From the IMG/VR virus record IMGVR_UViG_3300030376_006003, positions 32,001-96,000 of that record: a stretch of DNA of 64,000 bases; one strand, given 5' to 3'. The notes beneath the pieces were generated by a model that worked only from the letters and a program-made list of their open reading frames with translations, ran no database searches and was not told the DNA's origin. Both the position numbers and the translations under genes were made by a program. Below are positions 38,791 to 48,958 of the stretch, in pieces (the stretch's first letter is position 1; each line of letters begins with the position of its first letter). The stretch comes from a virus. Lineage: Duplodnaviria; Caudoviricetes.

Positions 38791-38800
38791 TATAATATAA
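38791..38800 (-). promoter_or_regulatory. Putative late promoter motif TTATATTATA
   Basis: About 107 nt upstream of the 38683 start. Confidence 0.4.
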
Positions 38801-38806
38801 TAAATA

Positions 38807-38917
38807 TTATCTTCTTTTAACAGCTTTTCTTCCTTTTTTTTTAACAGAACCACCTTTTTTATAGGTAGTTGTGTTTTTTGTCTTTTTTAAGGTTGCTTGT
38901 TTTTTCTTTGCGGGCAT
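38807..38917 (-). CDS. Small highly basic peptide (36 aa) carrying YKKGGSV
   Basis: Not in the ORF track. Translates to MPAKKKQATLKKTKNTTTYKKGGSVKKKGRKAVKRR, with an A-rich leader, 17 nt after the 38935 stop. Confidence 0.7.
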   Translation of the reverse strand: MPAKKKQATLKKTKNTTTYKKGGSVKKKGRKAVKRR

Positions 38918-38934
38918 GATTTATAATTTTTATA

Positions 38935-39642
38935 TTAGTTATTTTTTTCTGCAGACTGTGTACCTCTCATAGCTTGACTTACAGCTTCAATATCTCCTGC
39001 AATAATTGAAACAGCTTCATCTATAATTAATTCTACAACATCATCTTTAAACTCACATGTTACATCTGATCCAGATGTTTGCTGAGTATAAGGATCAACA
39101 CAGTTTGCTATTTCTATCATCCTAGGTCTTCTATAATATGTAAGTGTTGGGCTAACAATATTAAAATCCCTATGATATACTCTAATTGTATTTTGTTGCA
39201 TTGTACAAAAAGTTTCTCCCCATTCAAAATCAGGTCTCTTTAGAGGATCTCTCATTATCAAGTCTACATTAGCTTCTTCAGCTAAGTAAACTGTCATTGA
39301 TCTTTCAGTTGTACAACAATCATTTGTAGCATTTATACTAACTCTCTTATATTCAAGATAGTCAACAGGAAAATTATTACCTTCAAAATGATCTGCATTA
39401 TTTACTCCTGTTAATATCTGTCTTACTAGTAAAGGTTGGAGGTCATCTATTCTACGCTTAGATGCCTCATCCCCTTCCTTAAATACATTACTTCCATGCA
39501 ATTGTCTTCTACACCATTCAATCTGAGCTTTATTAAAGGCTTCTATAATCTGCCAACATTCTATATTATCATAGTCATTGCTAGCTAGTTTATTTAACCT
39601 TTGCTTAAACTTTATCTGTAATGTAGTATTATTAATTGCCAT
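38935..39642 (-). CDS. Head-tail ring protein
   Basis: 235 aa; FNKAQ...KRRIDDLQPL...LTYYRRP...CEF...ELIIDEAV pattern; two genes downstream of the MCP as in crAss-like phages. Confidence 0.65.
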   Translation of the reverse strand: MAINNTTLQIKFKQRLNKLASNDYDNIECWQIIEAFNKAQIEWCRRQLHGSNVFKEGDEASKRRIDDLQPLLVRQILTGVNNADHFEGNNFPVDYLEYKRVSINATNDCCTTERSMTVYLAEEANVDLIMRDPLKRPDFEWGETFCTMQQNTIRVYHRDFNIVSPTLTYYRRPRMIEIANCVDPYTQQTSGSDVTCEFKDDVVELIIDEAVSIIAGDIEAVSQAMRGTQSAEKNN

Positions 39643-39648
39643 TTTTTA

Positions 39649-40662
39649 TTATGCATTATTCCATAATTCTTCCATCTCCTCTATATAACGTTGTAGTAAC
39701 TCATCATTTTTAGGATCTTTTAAATGCTCTAAAACTTCTATAGGTCTAACGCCTAACTTAGCTCCAGAAAATTTATCATATATATAACCATCTGATTTAG
39801 TGGTCATTATGTTATATGTCATAGCATCTTTTATCATTGCTCTTATTTTAAGATCTTCCATTGATTCATTAGCTGCTTCTATAAACGCCTTAGCAGATTT
39901 CTTTATGTTTGTATCTAATCCTTTTCCATTTATATAAATATCCATGTTTTCATATAATACATCTACAGGTGTTGCTTTTGTATATTGAGTACTATTAGCG
40001 TCTACAATTTTACATACATAAAGTAGCTTTGTTGTATCTCCATCATACAGATTTTGTAATTGAGATAAAGCTTTATTTTTAATTTTAGATACATTAGTTC
40101 TTGTACTTGCTGTTTCTCTCACTTTATCTAAATAAAATTTAGCTTTAGTTGCTTTACAAGTCTCTAGACTGCTTGCCACCATTGAAAAACCTCCAGCTTC
40201 AATAGCATAGAGCTTTATAAGATCATAAGGATCTACGGCAGGATCTAAATATATAGGTTCATTACCTACTTTTAAATTTATTTTTTCCCAGAAATTATGA
40301 TTATCTGGTCTCAAAACCTGAACTTTATTCCAGAAATCTTTATCTTCTGGATCAATAACATTAGCTGCTAATTCTTTTTCAAGTTGAACTACTGCTGTTC
40401 TAATTTCTTTTACTTTTGCTTTTCTTGCTTTTGGATCTAGTTGCTTTACCTCTGGAGCAAACTCATTTAATCCAGTAATATATCTAACTATTCCATTTCT
40501 TTCCATACATGCTATAGTTTCAGAATGATATACATTATCAAACAATGTCATGTTATATTTTTCTAGTCCCATATTCTCCTTACTATTATCAAAATAAGGT
40601 TTTATAGATATAGTTCTATTTTTAGTTTGTTGATACTTTTCAATAATTGTTATATTGTCCAT
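39649..40662 (-). CDS. Conserved crAss-like protein encoded directly after the MCP (337 aa)
   Basis: Synteny; charged, helical protein; function not assignable. Confidence 0.5.
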   Translation of the reverse strand: MDNITIIEKYQQTKNRTISIKPYFDNSKENMGLEKYNMTLFDNVYHSETIACMERNGIVRYITGLNEFAPEVKQLDPKARKAKVKEIRTAVVQLEKELAANVIDPEDKDFWNKVQVLRPDNHNFWEKINLKVGNEPIYLDPAVDPYDLIKLYAIEAGGFSMVASSLETCKATKAKFYLDKVRETASTRTNVSKIKNKALSQLQNLYDGDTTKLLYVCKIVDANSTQYTKATPVDVLYENMDIYINGKGLDTNIKKSAKAFIEAANESMEDLKIRAMIKDAMTYNIMTTKSDGYIYDKFSGAKLGVRPIEVLEHLKDPKNDELLQRYIEEMEELWNNA

Positions 40663-40706
40663 TTTCAGTTTTTTTTTGGTTAATTTTTGTTTTTATTGGT
40701 TTAAGA

Positions 40707-40734
40707 AAATGGGAGGAGCTATTAACTCCTCCCT
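40707..40734 (-). terminator. Terminator/attenuator hairpin after the MCP gene
   Basis: GGGAGGAG...CTCCTCCC stem followed by ATTTT on the minus strand. Confidence 0.65.
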
Positions 40735-40754
40735 TCTTCCATGTTAATTAAATA

Positions 40755-42389
40755 TTAGAATGATCCTAAAGTAATAGGATTCTTCATTACAATCTTAAGA
40801 ACTTTAGTTGGATCTTCAACCCAAATAGCAGGCATTGTTTGAGTCATCATAACTCTATACCCGTTAAAGTGTCCTGAAGAAGCAAACCCTTGAGTTCTTC
40901 CCATATAATCCATAGTACCATTTTGGTAGAACCATTTTAATTGGTTATCCCAAGATAGTTTTAATAAATGGATGTTATCACTTCCTGAATCAGTTACATC
41001 AAAAATGATGAAGCTGAAAGAAGATAATGGATGACCATCTATTAATGGGTTCTCAATGTCATTAGTATGTAAGTTATCAAACGCTGGGTTTAATACAAAC
41101 TTAACATTAGCTAAGAAAGGAATGATGAAACTAGTGTACGCAAATCCGTATCCTAAGTCCATTCCTTTTCCAGTAATTGCACCAATGTCAGAAAGACTAG
41201 TCTGTACACCTGCACCAGTAGCACCTCCTGCTTCATTAGCAATTGCTTTGTTGATCATTTGCATACCACCAATACCAGTTTGTACAACTAGTTGACGTTT
41301 TGGATCTGGACCATCAAACTCAACTTTACCAGCATAGAAGTTGTATAGTTCATTTTTGAACATATCCAAGTTAAATCCTGATTTGTTGTATACTCTTTTG
41401 AAAGAGTTGTCTAATTGCTTCCAAAGACCTACAGATAATCTTAAGTCATCCGGACCGTCTTGCTTAATTCTACCTCCATTACCCCACATTAAGTAAGTTT
41501 CAATGTCATTAGCAATTTTTGATAGGTGAGCTGCTTCCATAGAAGTTAAGAACGTTCTAGAAAGAGTTCCGTTATCAAATGCTTTTTTAACATATCCTTT
41601 ACCCATTGCAGCAGCAATATCCTCAATAGAAGATAATGATGGATCAACTGACTTATCAAAGTTTCTCCAAATTTCAGTTACAGGTACAGAACCATCAGCA
41701 TTCATACCACCTTTGATCATAAGATCAGCACGTGATGAAATAGAATAGTGTACGTGTGCCTCAGCTCCTCCAACAAAGTTGTAGAATTCTCTGAAGCCTG
41801 CTCCTGTAGTGATGTCAGAGAATCTTTCTCCGTATTCACCTCTTGCAGAACCTTTTCTGAAGTATTTAGTTCCAGCTGCTAAATATTTATCTGCTAAACC
41901 TTCTGCAGAATTTTTATTTACTAGTTCAACTGTATAAATCCATCCATCACCTACTTGTATAATATCATCAGCAGTGATGTAAAGTTCAAGACCATTATAC
42001 TTGTCATAAGTAATAATGTCTCCGTGTCCAAACTCTCTTTTTGAAAGTTTAATTTTAAATGCCTGTCCGTCAATACCTCTTGCAGTACCAGCTGTATCTG
42101 AAGCGTCAATGTGACCTAAAGATACTGGTAATTCTTGAGCTACTGGCGTTTGCCATTTATACTCTCCCCTAGCGTTGTCCACCATAATTGTATTCTTTCC
42201 ACCGAATGAAGCCATTTGGTATAAAGGCATTTCTACCTTCTGAGTCATAGCCCATAAGTCCACAGGACCCATGTCAGTTGGCTCAGCATTACCTAACATA
42301 GCAGTTAAGTGATAAGAATCAATATGAGAACTAGCTTTGTAATTAGTGTCTCTTAAAAAGAGACCGTTGTTTAAAACTGTTGTTGCCAT
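40755..42389 (-). CDS. Major capsid protein (crAss-like, 544 aa)
   Basis: Size, high-expression codon bias, the EYKW early motif, GLWKQL and a PAIWVEDP C-terminus; order is terminase-portal-scaffold-MCP. Confidence 0.85.
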   Translation of the reverse strand: MATTVLNNGLFLRDTNYKASSHIDSYHLTAMLGNAEPTDMGPVDLWAMTQKVEMPLYQMASFGGKNTIMVDNARGEYKWQTPVAQELPVSLGHIDASDTAGTARGIDGQAFKIKLSKREFGHGDIITYDKYNGLELYITADDIIQVGDGWIYTVELVNKNSAEGLADKYLAAGTKYFRKGSARGEYGERFSDITTGAGFREFYNFVGGAEAHVHYSISSRADLMIKGGMNADGSVPVTEIWRNFDKSVDPSLSSIEDIAAAMGKGYVKKAFDNGTLSRTFLTSMEAAHLSKIANDIETYLMWGNGGRIKQDGPDDLRLSVGLWKQLDNSFKRVYNKSGFNLDMFKNELYNFYAGKVEFDGPDPKRQLVVQTGIGGMQMINKAIANEAGGATGAGVQTSLSDIGAITGKGMDLGYGFAYTSFIIPFLANVKFVLNPAFDNLHTNDIENPLIDGHPLSSFSFIIFDVTDSGSDNIHLLKLSWDNQLKWFYQNGTMDYMGRTQGFASSGHFNGYRVMMTQTMPAIWVEDPTKVLKIVMKNPITLGSF

Positions 42390-42442
42390 AATTTCTGTTG
42401 TTGTTTTTGTTAATTAATAATTATTGTTGTTGTTCTATTTTT

Positions 42443-43768
42443 TTAAAATCTTTTAAATATATTGTTATCTCTTGATAAAGTTTTTCTTGGACTTCTCTTT
42501 TTACTAGTTGTATCTGATAATGAATTACTAGATGCATTTTTACTTGCTTGAGCTGTCTTTAGTTTTCTAACTGTTTGTTCTACTGCAGCATTAGTACCTT
42601 GATTTTTTAACTGATTTTTATATCCTGTTGGATCAGCCAATAACCATAATGCTTCTGATACTAAAGAATAATTTGGTTCAACAAATTGATACTTCTCTAG
42701 TAAGTGTCCTAACAAATTAGTATTTTCTCCAGATATAGAAGGATATGAAGGAGACACTAATCCGTTATATAACATTGATTGTGTTTTTTTATTAACCTTC
42801 ATTTCTCCTAATTTACCATCTTTTAGAGTATGATATACATTTGCCATATAGTTTTCAGATGCTTTTTGTTGTTGTGCCTTCTTCATTTCTTGTTCTTTCA
42901 ACTTCTTTGCAACAACTGCTTCTGACATTTTATCTAACTTTGGTTTAAACTTATTTGCTTGTTTTTCTAACTTGCCTAAGTCTTTCCAAATTTCTATTTC
43001 TTCATTTACTTCTTCTACAGTACCATATCCTGTAGCTGTTAAATATTCTCTTACAATGTGCTCCTGTCCTTTTTCACTAGACATATCTAAGTCTCTTGTC
43101 TCTTCAACTTGAGCTAGAGTTCCAAATAAACCTTTTAGGTCTTGTCCTCCATCTGCAACATACTTTGCTGCAATCTGTAATTCTTGAGGTAAACTATCAA
43201 AGAACTGTTTAGGTGTTTCTCTTCTTACTTTGTTTCCTCTTTCATCCATGTTAGCTTGGATAAGCTCTTTCCAATCTTTTGCAGTATAATCATCTAACTC
43301 TTTATCATCATCAAAAGGAATTATTTGCTCATCTGCAATCATCTTTTTAAATACATCAGCCATTCCTTCAATTCTTCTTCTCCCTTTAGCTGTAGATTTT
43401 TCTTCTTCTCCTTCTGCTACTTCTAATCCTTCATTAAGTATCTCGTCTATTTCATCTTTAGATACTTCAGATTCAACTTCCTTCTTTACTTCTTCTTTTA
43501 CAGGTTCTTCTATTACAGTCTCTTTTTTAGCTTCTGTAGTTTCTTCTGTTTTAACTTCCTCTTTAGTTTCTTCAACTTCAGGAGTTGGTTCAGCATCTAA
43601 AAATGTTAAATCTACATTATCAGCTCTTGAAAACATATTTGGTTTTTTAGGAGTATCTTCCTCCTTTGGTAAAGTTATAGAGCTTGCACCTGGAGCTCCA
43701 TTAAAGATCTCATCTAGGTTAACATCTACTTCCTCTACATTTGTTGTCTCATTCATTTTTTCTGACAT
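42443..43768 (-). CDS. Scaffolding-like protein
   Basis: Very acidic N-terminus, helical core and basic C-terminal tail; lies between portal and MCP. Confidence 0.6.
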   Translation of the reverse strand: MSEKMNETTNVEEVDVNLDEIFNGAPGASSITLPKEEDTPKKPNMFSRADNVDLTFLDAEPTPEVEETKEEVKTEETTEAKKETVIEEPVKEEVKKEVESEVSKDEIDEILNEGLEVAEGEEEKSTAKGRRRIEGMADVFKKMIADEQIIPFDDDKELDDYTAKDWKELIQANMDERGNKVRRETPKQFFDSLPQELQIAAKYVADGGQDLKGLFGTLAQVEETRDLDMSSEKGQEHIVREYLTATGYGTVEEVNEEIEIWKDLGKLEKQANKFKPKLDKMSEAVVAKKLKEQEMKKAQQQKASENYMANVYHTLKDGKLGEMKVNKKTQSMLYNGLVSPSYPSISGENTNLLGHLLEKYQFVEPNYSLVSEALWLLADPTGYKNQLKNQGTNAAVEQTVRKLKTAQASKNASSNSLSDTTSKKRSPRKTLSRDNNIFKRF

Positions 43769-43819
43769 AATATTTTGGTTTTTTGGTTAATTAAGTTATT
43801 GGTTTCTACTATTTACATA

Positions 43820-43829
43820 TATAATATAA
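43820..43829 (-). promoter_or_regulatory. Putative late promoter motif TTATATTATA
   Basis: In the portal-scaffold intergenic region. Confidence 0.4.
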
Positions 43830-43909
43830 GAAATGTTTTAAGATCTTTTTAGAAATAAACCTAAAAAGTTATATAAGATTATGTTTTTTTTTGCAGTATA
43901 TAGCTATAG

Positions 43910-46666
43910 TTACTTTTTCTTATCCTTTTTACTTGCTTTTACATCATATTTGTTTTTGTTTTCACGTGCTATTTGAAGATTTTTATTAGCAATTTCTCTT
44001 TGTGTTGATAATTTTTCTCTTTCAATATCCATTTTAGCACGCTTATTAGAGTTATCTAAAGAAGCCTGTTCCTTTTTAAAGTTCATTTGCTCTCTATATT
44101 CATCTCTTTTACGCATATCTTGCATAGCATCTTGGAAATCACTTTGCTGATTTTGATCAATATCAGTTTGTGCACCATAACCAGCAGCTCTAATTTCTGC
44201 AACAGTAATATCTTTTTGTCTTTCAGCTTCAGCTTGTGATGCTTCAAACTGCTGCTGAGCTTGTTGCTGTTCTTGCTGAGCTTGTATTTGTTGTTCTTGC
44301 ATTTTTTGCTGTTGTTGCATTTCTTGCTCTTTTTGCTGTTGTGTTTTTGTTTCAGCTTCTTTAAGTATATTAGAAACTTCAGCAATAGAGTTAGATTTAA
44401 TAACATTACCTAGATCATAAATAGATGCTCCGGTTGTATTATTTTGAAGAGCCATTTGTTTAAGTTGCTCTAAAGTCTCTCTATGATTTGTTTTTGTTGT
44501 TGCAAATACATTAAAATCTCTTAACAATAATTTCTTACCATTAATTGTAAAGTTAACATTTTCAGCTTCTGTTGTAATATAAGAAAGTCTAACTGAAGGT
44601 TTAGTACTATGATAATATTGTGCAAGGTCTGTTCTCATTTGATGTACTCTAGGCATAAGATGATCTGAATGCTGTGTAAAGTATTGTTCTGTTTGAGAAT
44701 GTGATTGATTCATAGCTTGAGTGACTCCTGTAGCAGTTTGTTGTGCAATAGGTGTACCCATTCTTTGTTGATTAATACCTATAGACTCAAAAGCTTGTTG
44801 TTTAAAATGATTAGCTAATTGAATTCTAGACATTAATCTATTAGTTTGTTCTAGGTTTAATGTTTGATAATGATTAAAGTTTACAGCATTCTCAGTATTA
44901 GTAATAGATGTATCTAAAGGCATCATACCAAAATCCTTCATTGCTACATAAGCTTTTTCTAAATTGTTTTTACCCCAGTCTTCTCCCATTGAGTGACGTG
45001 GTAATGCATTTTGATCAAACATTATAACAGTACCTAGTTCATCTACTAGTATATCTGCTATTTGATTATTTACCATATTATATCCAATCTGATATGGTTT
45101 CATTAAATCAATTAATGAAGTTGATTTAGTATTTCTATCAGAGAATATTCTTCCCTCTATTGGAAGTTTACAATTGTATAAGGTATCTTCACCTTTAAAT
45201 TGATATTTTAGTTTACCTGGCTTTTTACAATTAATACCTAAATACATTGGATCAACATCATTATCTTCTGTTCTCCAGTGTTGAGGTGCATTAGGTCCTA
45301 TTTTAACTCCACCCCATACTTCATTAATCCAAAACCAATCAATATGTTCACCTTCAATAAGATTATCTCTTGTTTTATCTTTAAATAATCTGGTATTATA
45401 AACAGGTTTATCATTAACGTTATAACTCTCATCTATTATTTCTTGAACTAGTTCTCCTGTATGATCAATTCTTGTTAGATGTCCTATCTTTCTTTGAGTC
45501 TTCCAATATACTGTTGTAACACGCATCATATCAGCATCACCCCATTGAGCTATGTCATTACCTTCATTTAATATCCAATTTACAACATCATTTTCTGCTG
45601 CAGGGTTTGCACCATAATTACTCATTAACCTTCTGTAATCAATACCAGGAGGAGTTTCAGTATTCCATTTATGAGATCTACTTGCATCATAATAAGATCC
45701 ATCATTCTGCATTCCGTTTAATAAATACTTTGAGTTTGTTGCAGGATGTATATTCTGCATTGATCTTAACTGATCTTCGTCCATAAGATAACCATATTTA
45801 TCAATAACATCTGCAACAGTCATCATATCACATTTTCCTGCAAAATTAGAATCTGATATATATCTTGAATCAGGAGATTTTTGATAGAATGTTAATACAG
45901 GATTCCAAAGTTCAACATCATAGTCATCCTCATTCATCTTAAAGTGCCAGAATTCTCTATCACATATAAGCATATCTCTAAATGCTCTCTCTTCTAATTC
46001 GGCCATCTTAAATCTTTCCTCATCTACATTTAATTGATGACCTGCCCATTCTTCAATTAAACTCCTATAACTTTTACTAAAGAAGTTTTCTATTTCAGGA
46101 AGAGATTTTAAATTTTCAGTTGATAATTGTTGCTGAACTTCTTCTGATTCTGGATCAGCGCCTTGTTCAATCATCTTTATCATAAGTTTATTATGAGCGT
46201 CAGTTAAAAGATTTTCTTCTATCATTGCTCTTTTTTGTTCTAACATCTCATTATAAGATGTATCATCAACAGCTCTAAATTGTACTTTTGTATATCTTTT
46301 ACTGAACTCACCAACTAAAACGTTAACTACATTTGGGATTATTGGATAAAATTTAAGTTCTAATGCAGACTCATCTTCTTTTGTAAGAACATCCATAAGG
46401 TCTGCATAATCATTATCTTCTTCAACAATGTAATCCGTTTTATCAATTATACCTTTTGCAAGTTTATAATTTTTAAGTAATCTTCTAGAGTTTTTTTTAA
46501 GTTGATCTAAACCTCTTAATTCTAACCAATCTAAGTTCCATGCCGCCCAATCATGATCTTTTTCTTTTGATGGTATAAATTGTAAAGGTTGTGTTAATGA
46601 TGCATTAACAGGTCCCTTATCAACTTTTGCTCCTTTTTTTAGTTGTAATGCGTTATATACTTTCAT
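43910..46666 (-). CDS. Portal protein (918 aa)
   Basis: YPIIPNVVNVLVGE, SLIDLMKPYQ..YN, GINQQRMG...TATG and a Gln-rich C-terminal coiled-coil barrel; follows the terminase gene. Confidence 0.85.
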   Translation of the reverse strand: MKVYNALQLKKGAKVDKGPVNASLTQPLQFIPSKEKDHDWAAWNLDWLELRGLDQLKKNSRRLLKNYKLAKGIIDKTDYIVEEDNDYADLMDVLTKEDESALELKFYPIIPNVVNVLVGEFSKRYTKVQFRAVDDTSYNEMLEQKRAMIEENLLTDAHNKLMIKMIEQGADPESEEVQQQLSTENLKSLPEIENFFSKSYRSLIEEWAGHQLNVDEERFKMAELEERAFRDMLICDREFWHFKMNEDDYDVELWNPVLTFYQKSPDSRYISDSNFAGKCDMMTVADVIDKYGYLMDEDQLRSMQNIHPATNSKYLLNGMQNDGSYYDASRSHKWNTETPPGIDYRRLMSNYGANPAAENDVVNWILNEGNDIAQWGDADMMRVTTVYWKTQRKIGHLTRIDHTGELVQEIIDESYNVNDKPVYNTRLFKDKTRDNLIEGEHIDWFWINEVWGGVKIGPNAPQHWRTEDNDVDPMYLGINCKKPGKLKYQFKGEDTLYNCKLPIEGRIFSDRNTKSTSLIDLMKPYQIGYNMVNNQIADILVDELGTVIMFDQNALPRHSMGEDWGKNNLEKAYVAMKDFGMMPLDTSITNTENAVNFNHYQTLNLEQTNRLMSRIQLANHFKQQAFESIGINQQRMGTPIAQQTATGVTQAMNQSHSQTEQYFTQHSDHLMPRVHQMRTDLAQYYHSTKPSVRLSYITTEAENVNFTINGKKLLLRDFNVFATTKTNHRETLEQLKQMALQNNTTGASIYDLGNVIKSNSIAEVSNILKEAETKTQQQKEQEMQQQQKMQEQQIQAQQEQQQAQQQFEASQAEAERQKDITVAEIRAAGYGAQTDIDQNQQSDFQDAMQDMRKRDEYREQMNFKKEQASLDNSNKRAKMDIEREKLSTQREIANKNLQIARENKNKYDVKASKKDKKK

Positions 46667-46763
46667 AGTATTCTATATGTGTTATTTCTTTGCAGTCCTC
46701 TGTATAGATATATACAACATTAATAATACTAGGATCTGAGCATGTGAGTGTGTATTCAAACAT
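46653..46763 (-). CDS. Possible 36-aa ORF between terminase and portal
   Basis: MFEYTLTCSDPSIINVVYIYTEDCKEITHIEYYESI. Its start overlaps the terL stop (TAATG) and its end overlaps the portal start. Confidence 0.35.
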   Translation of the reverse strand: MFEYTLTCSDPSIINVVYIYTEDCKEITHIEYYESI

Positions 46764-48958
46764 TATCTTATATTTTTAAAAGGGTTTTTTCTTATTTTAT
46801 TTACACCTATCTTTTTATTCCTTCCTATATTCCTAAAAGGGTTCTTATTTAATTTACCAAAATTCTGTGAAATATCCAAAGGTTCTAGTGATTTATCTCT
46901 TTCTTTACGTTTTACATAACCCCTATTTGCTTGCTGCATTTTAGCAAAGGCAACAAGAGCTGAAAATGCAACTAATCTATCCACGTTTAATCCAGGAAAA
47001 TATTGTAACATCTCTGTTATTAACATTTTATCAGGTATTCTCTCTACCCCATGTGTTCTTTTATACACATTTCCTTCTTCATCAGTTTCCTCATCTATAA
47101 CTTCTCTTATAAATTCAATTGCATATGATACCAAATGACTTTTGAATAATGTTCCTGTATTTTTCCAACCATATTCTTGAAAGACATTCCTATTAGATCC
47201 TAGGTCCTTTAAGAATACAATCTGTGACTTTGGAACTAAATACTTTTGTTTTCTTTCTGCAATCATATATTGAATAAACAAAGATATGTTATTTTCCACT
47301 AATGTCCACGCATTATACCATTCTATAATTAACTTTAAATGTTCATGGGTATCATTAATATCATCATATCTACCACACCAAGAAGCAACAATCTTATCTC
47401 CTTCAACAAAAGTTTCTAGACCTTCAGGAGTTTCTTTTGTAACTTCAACAGGATTTTTATAAACAAATATGCTGCACAATGAATCTGACGTAGTTGTTTT
47501 ACCTTCTGACACAGGGTCAATAGATGCATAATAAGTTCCAAACGCAGGATCTTTAATTGGTCTCTCCCAAACAACTAACACTCCAGTTTTATCTTCTGCT
47601 TTCTTACTTAAAGGAAATGTACTTATTGGTAATTTTTTAGTTCTGCTTGCTTTTATCTTATTACCATCATATTCTAATTTCATTAGTTCATATGAATATT
47701 CTTTATCTTCTATCCTCTTCATTTGTTTAGATAAAAATCCTTGTGGAAATATTGACTCTTGCCTATATGCAAATGCCTCAGCAATATCAATAGGTTTCTG
47801 TGATACTCTTAACTGAAAAGCTTCTGCCTCAAGATCCCTTTTCCATTCTTCTCTTTCAGTTCTAATTGATATAAGAGCACCTTCAATATTAGAATTACCA
47901 TATTGATCTATAAAAGGAGGCATTGACCATTGTTCTGGTATAAATAAACCAGCTATACCAATAGTACCTTTATCATCCATTAAGTCTGTTTGAACACCTT
48001 GGATACCATTAGCTTCAGGATTAAGTATAAATGTCTTTAATGGTTTACAGTGATCAAGATCACCAACAGATCCAGCAGCAATGAATTGACCTGTTGTCAT
48101 CATTCCTGAAGACATTGCAGGACGTAAGTATTCATACGTTTGATCCATTTTAGGAGCAATACCTGCCTCCTCATGAAAGAAGTAAGTACATGGGCCCCCT
48201 ACCCCTGCAGTAGCGTTTTTCTCAAAGGAGGCCCCTTGTATTTTAGATCTGAGACCTTTTTGTGTCTTTCTATTGTTTATTCTTACCTCAATCTTCTGTT
48301 CCCACAAAAGGACCTTGCCAGGATTAGATGGTCTGTACCATGCTGTATGCTCATTTAAAAAAGTTTGATATTCATCTAAAAACTTCCATGAACCTTTATC
48401 ATTAATATAGTCTTTTAGTGCTGCACCTATTTTTAATACTGCTCCTTCTTCAAACCAGTACATGTTTATAAGTTTACCCATATGAAAATAAGAAGATGCT
48501 ATCTGTCTTTTTTTAAGTATTGCAACATGCTTATAATTAATCTCAGCCATTATCTCATATAGAGCCATGTGATATTGAGCATCTCTTACTTTTGCAAAAC
48601 CATACTTCTTTTCTTCTTTATCAAAGATTGGTAAAAAGTTTAACCACATATAATAATCTCTAGTGAGATACCAAGTTTTACCTTTATTTTTGTATATTAC
48701 ACCCTGTCTGCATTTATTCTTTTGATCTTCCCAATAAGTCATAAAGTCTTTTGACCTCATTGGTTTGTCACAATAAAAACCTTGGGTGTTAAATTTTGTA
48801 GCCTCCTCATTAAATATAAATGCTGTTTCATCAAATTCATATTTACCAGGCTCTATAAATATTTCATCTATAAATACTCTGAAGTCATCTATGGTTTGGA
48901 ATTCTGTTTCTTCCCAAACGCCTTCATTCCATGTGGGTATTGTTTTATAGTTGGTCAT
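46763..48958 (-). CDS. terL: Terminase large subunit
   Basis: Walker A-like LKKRQIASSY, Walker B FFHEEAG, coupling AGSVG, and RNase H-like nuclease YASIDPV...ENN...DRLVA. Confidence 0.9.
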   Translation of the reverse strand: MTNYKTIPTWNEGVWEETEFQTIDDFRVFIDEIFIEPGKYEFDETAFIFNEEATKFNTQGFYCDKPMRSKDFMTYWEDQKNKCRQGVIYKNKGKTWYLTRDYYMWLNFLPIFDKEEKKYGFAKVRDAQYHMALYEIMAEINYKHVAILKKRQIASSYFHMGKLINMYWFEEGAVLKIGAALKDYINDKGSWKFLDEYQTFLNEHTAWYRPSNPGKVLLWEQKIEVRINNRKTQKGLRSKIQGASFEKNATAGVGGPCTYFFHEEAGIAPKMDQTYEYLRPAMSSGMMTTGQFIAAGSVGDLDHCKPLKTFILNPEANGIQGVQTDLMDDKGTIGIAGLFIPEQWSMPPFIDQYGNSNIEGALISIRTEREEWKRDLEAEAFQLRVSQKPIDIAEAFAYRQESIFPQGFLSKQMKRIEDKEYSYELMKLEYDGNKIKASRTKKLPISTFPLSKKAEDKTGVLVVWERPIKDPAFGTYYASIDPVSEGKTTTSDSLCSIFVYKNPVEVTKETPEGLETFVEGDKIVASWCGRYDDINDTHEHLKLIIEWYNAWTLVENNISLFIQYMIAERKQKYLVPKSQIVFLKDLGSNRNVFQEYGWKNTGTLFKSHLVSYAIEFIREVIDEETDEEGNVYKRTHGVERIPDKMLITEMLQYFPGLNVDRLVAFSALVAFAKMQQANRGYVKRKERDKSLEPLDISQNFGKLNKNPFRNIGRNKKIGVNKIRKNPFKNIR

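Noticed and set aside
5496-44406. Short same-strand alternate-frame ORFs (5496, 12327, 34708, 44083)
   Set aside because: They are nested out of frame inside well-supported genes, and their composition reflects frame-shifted codon bias.
46763-48958. Intein or intron in terminase, portal or capsid genes
   Set aside because: Frames are continuous and of normal size, with no intein splice-junction or LAGLIDADG motifs noticed.
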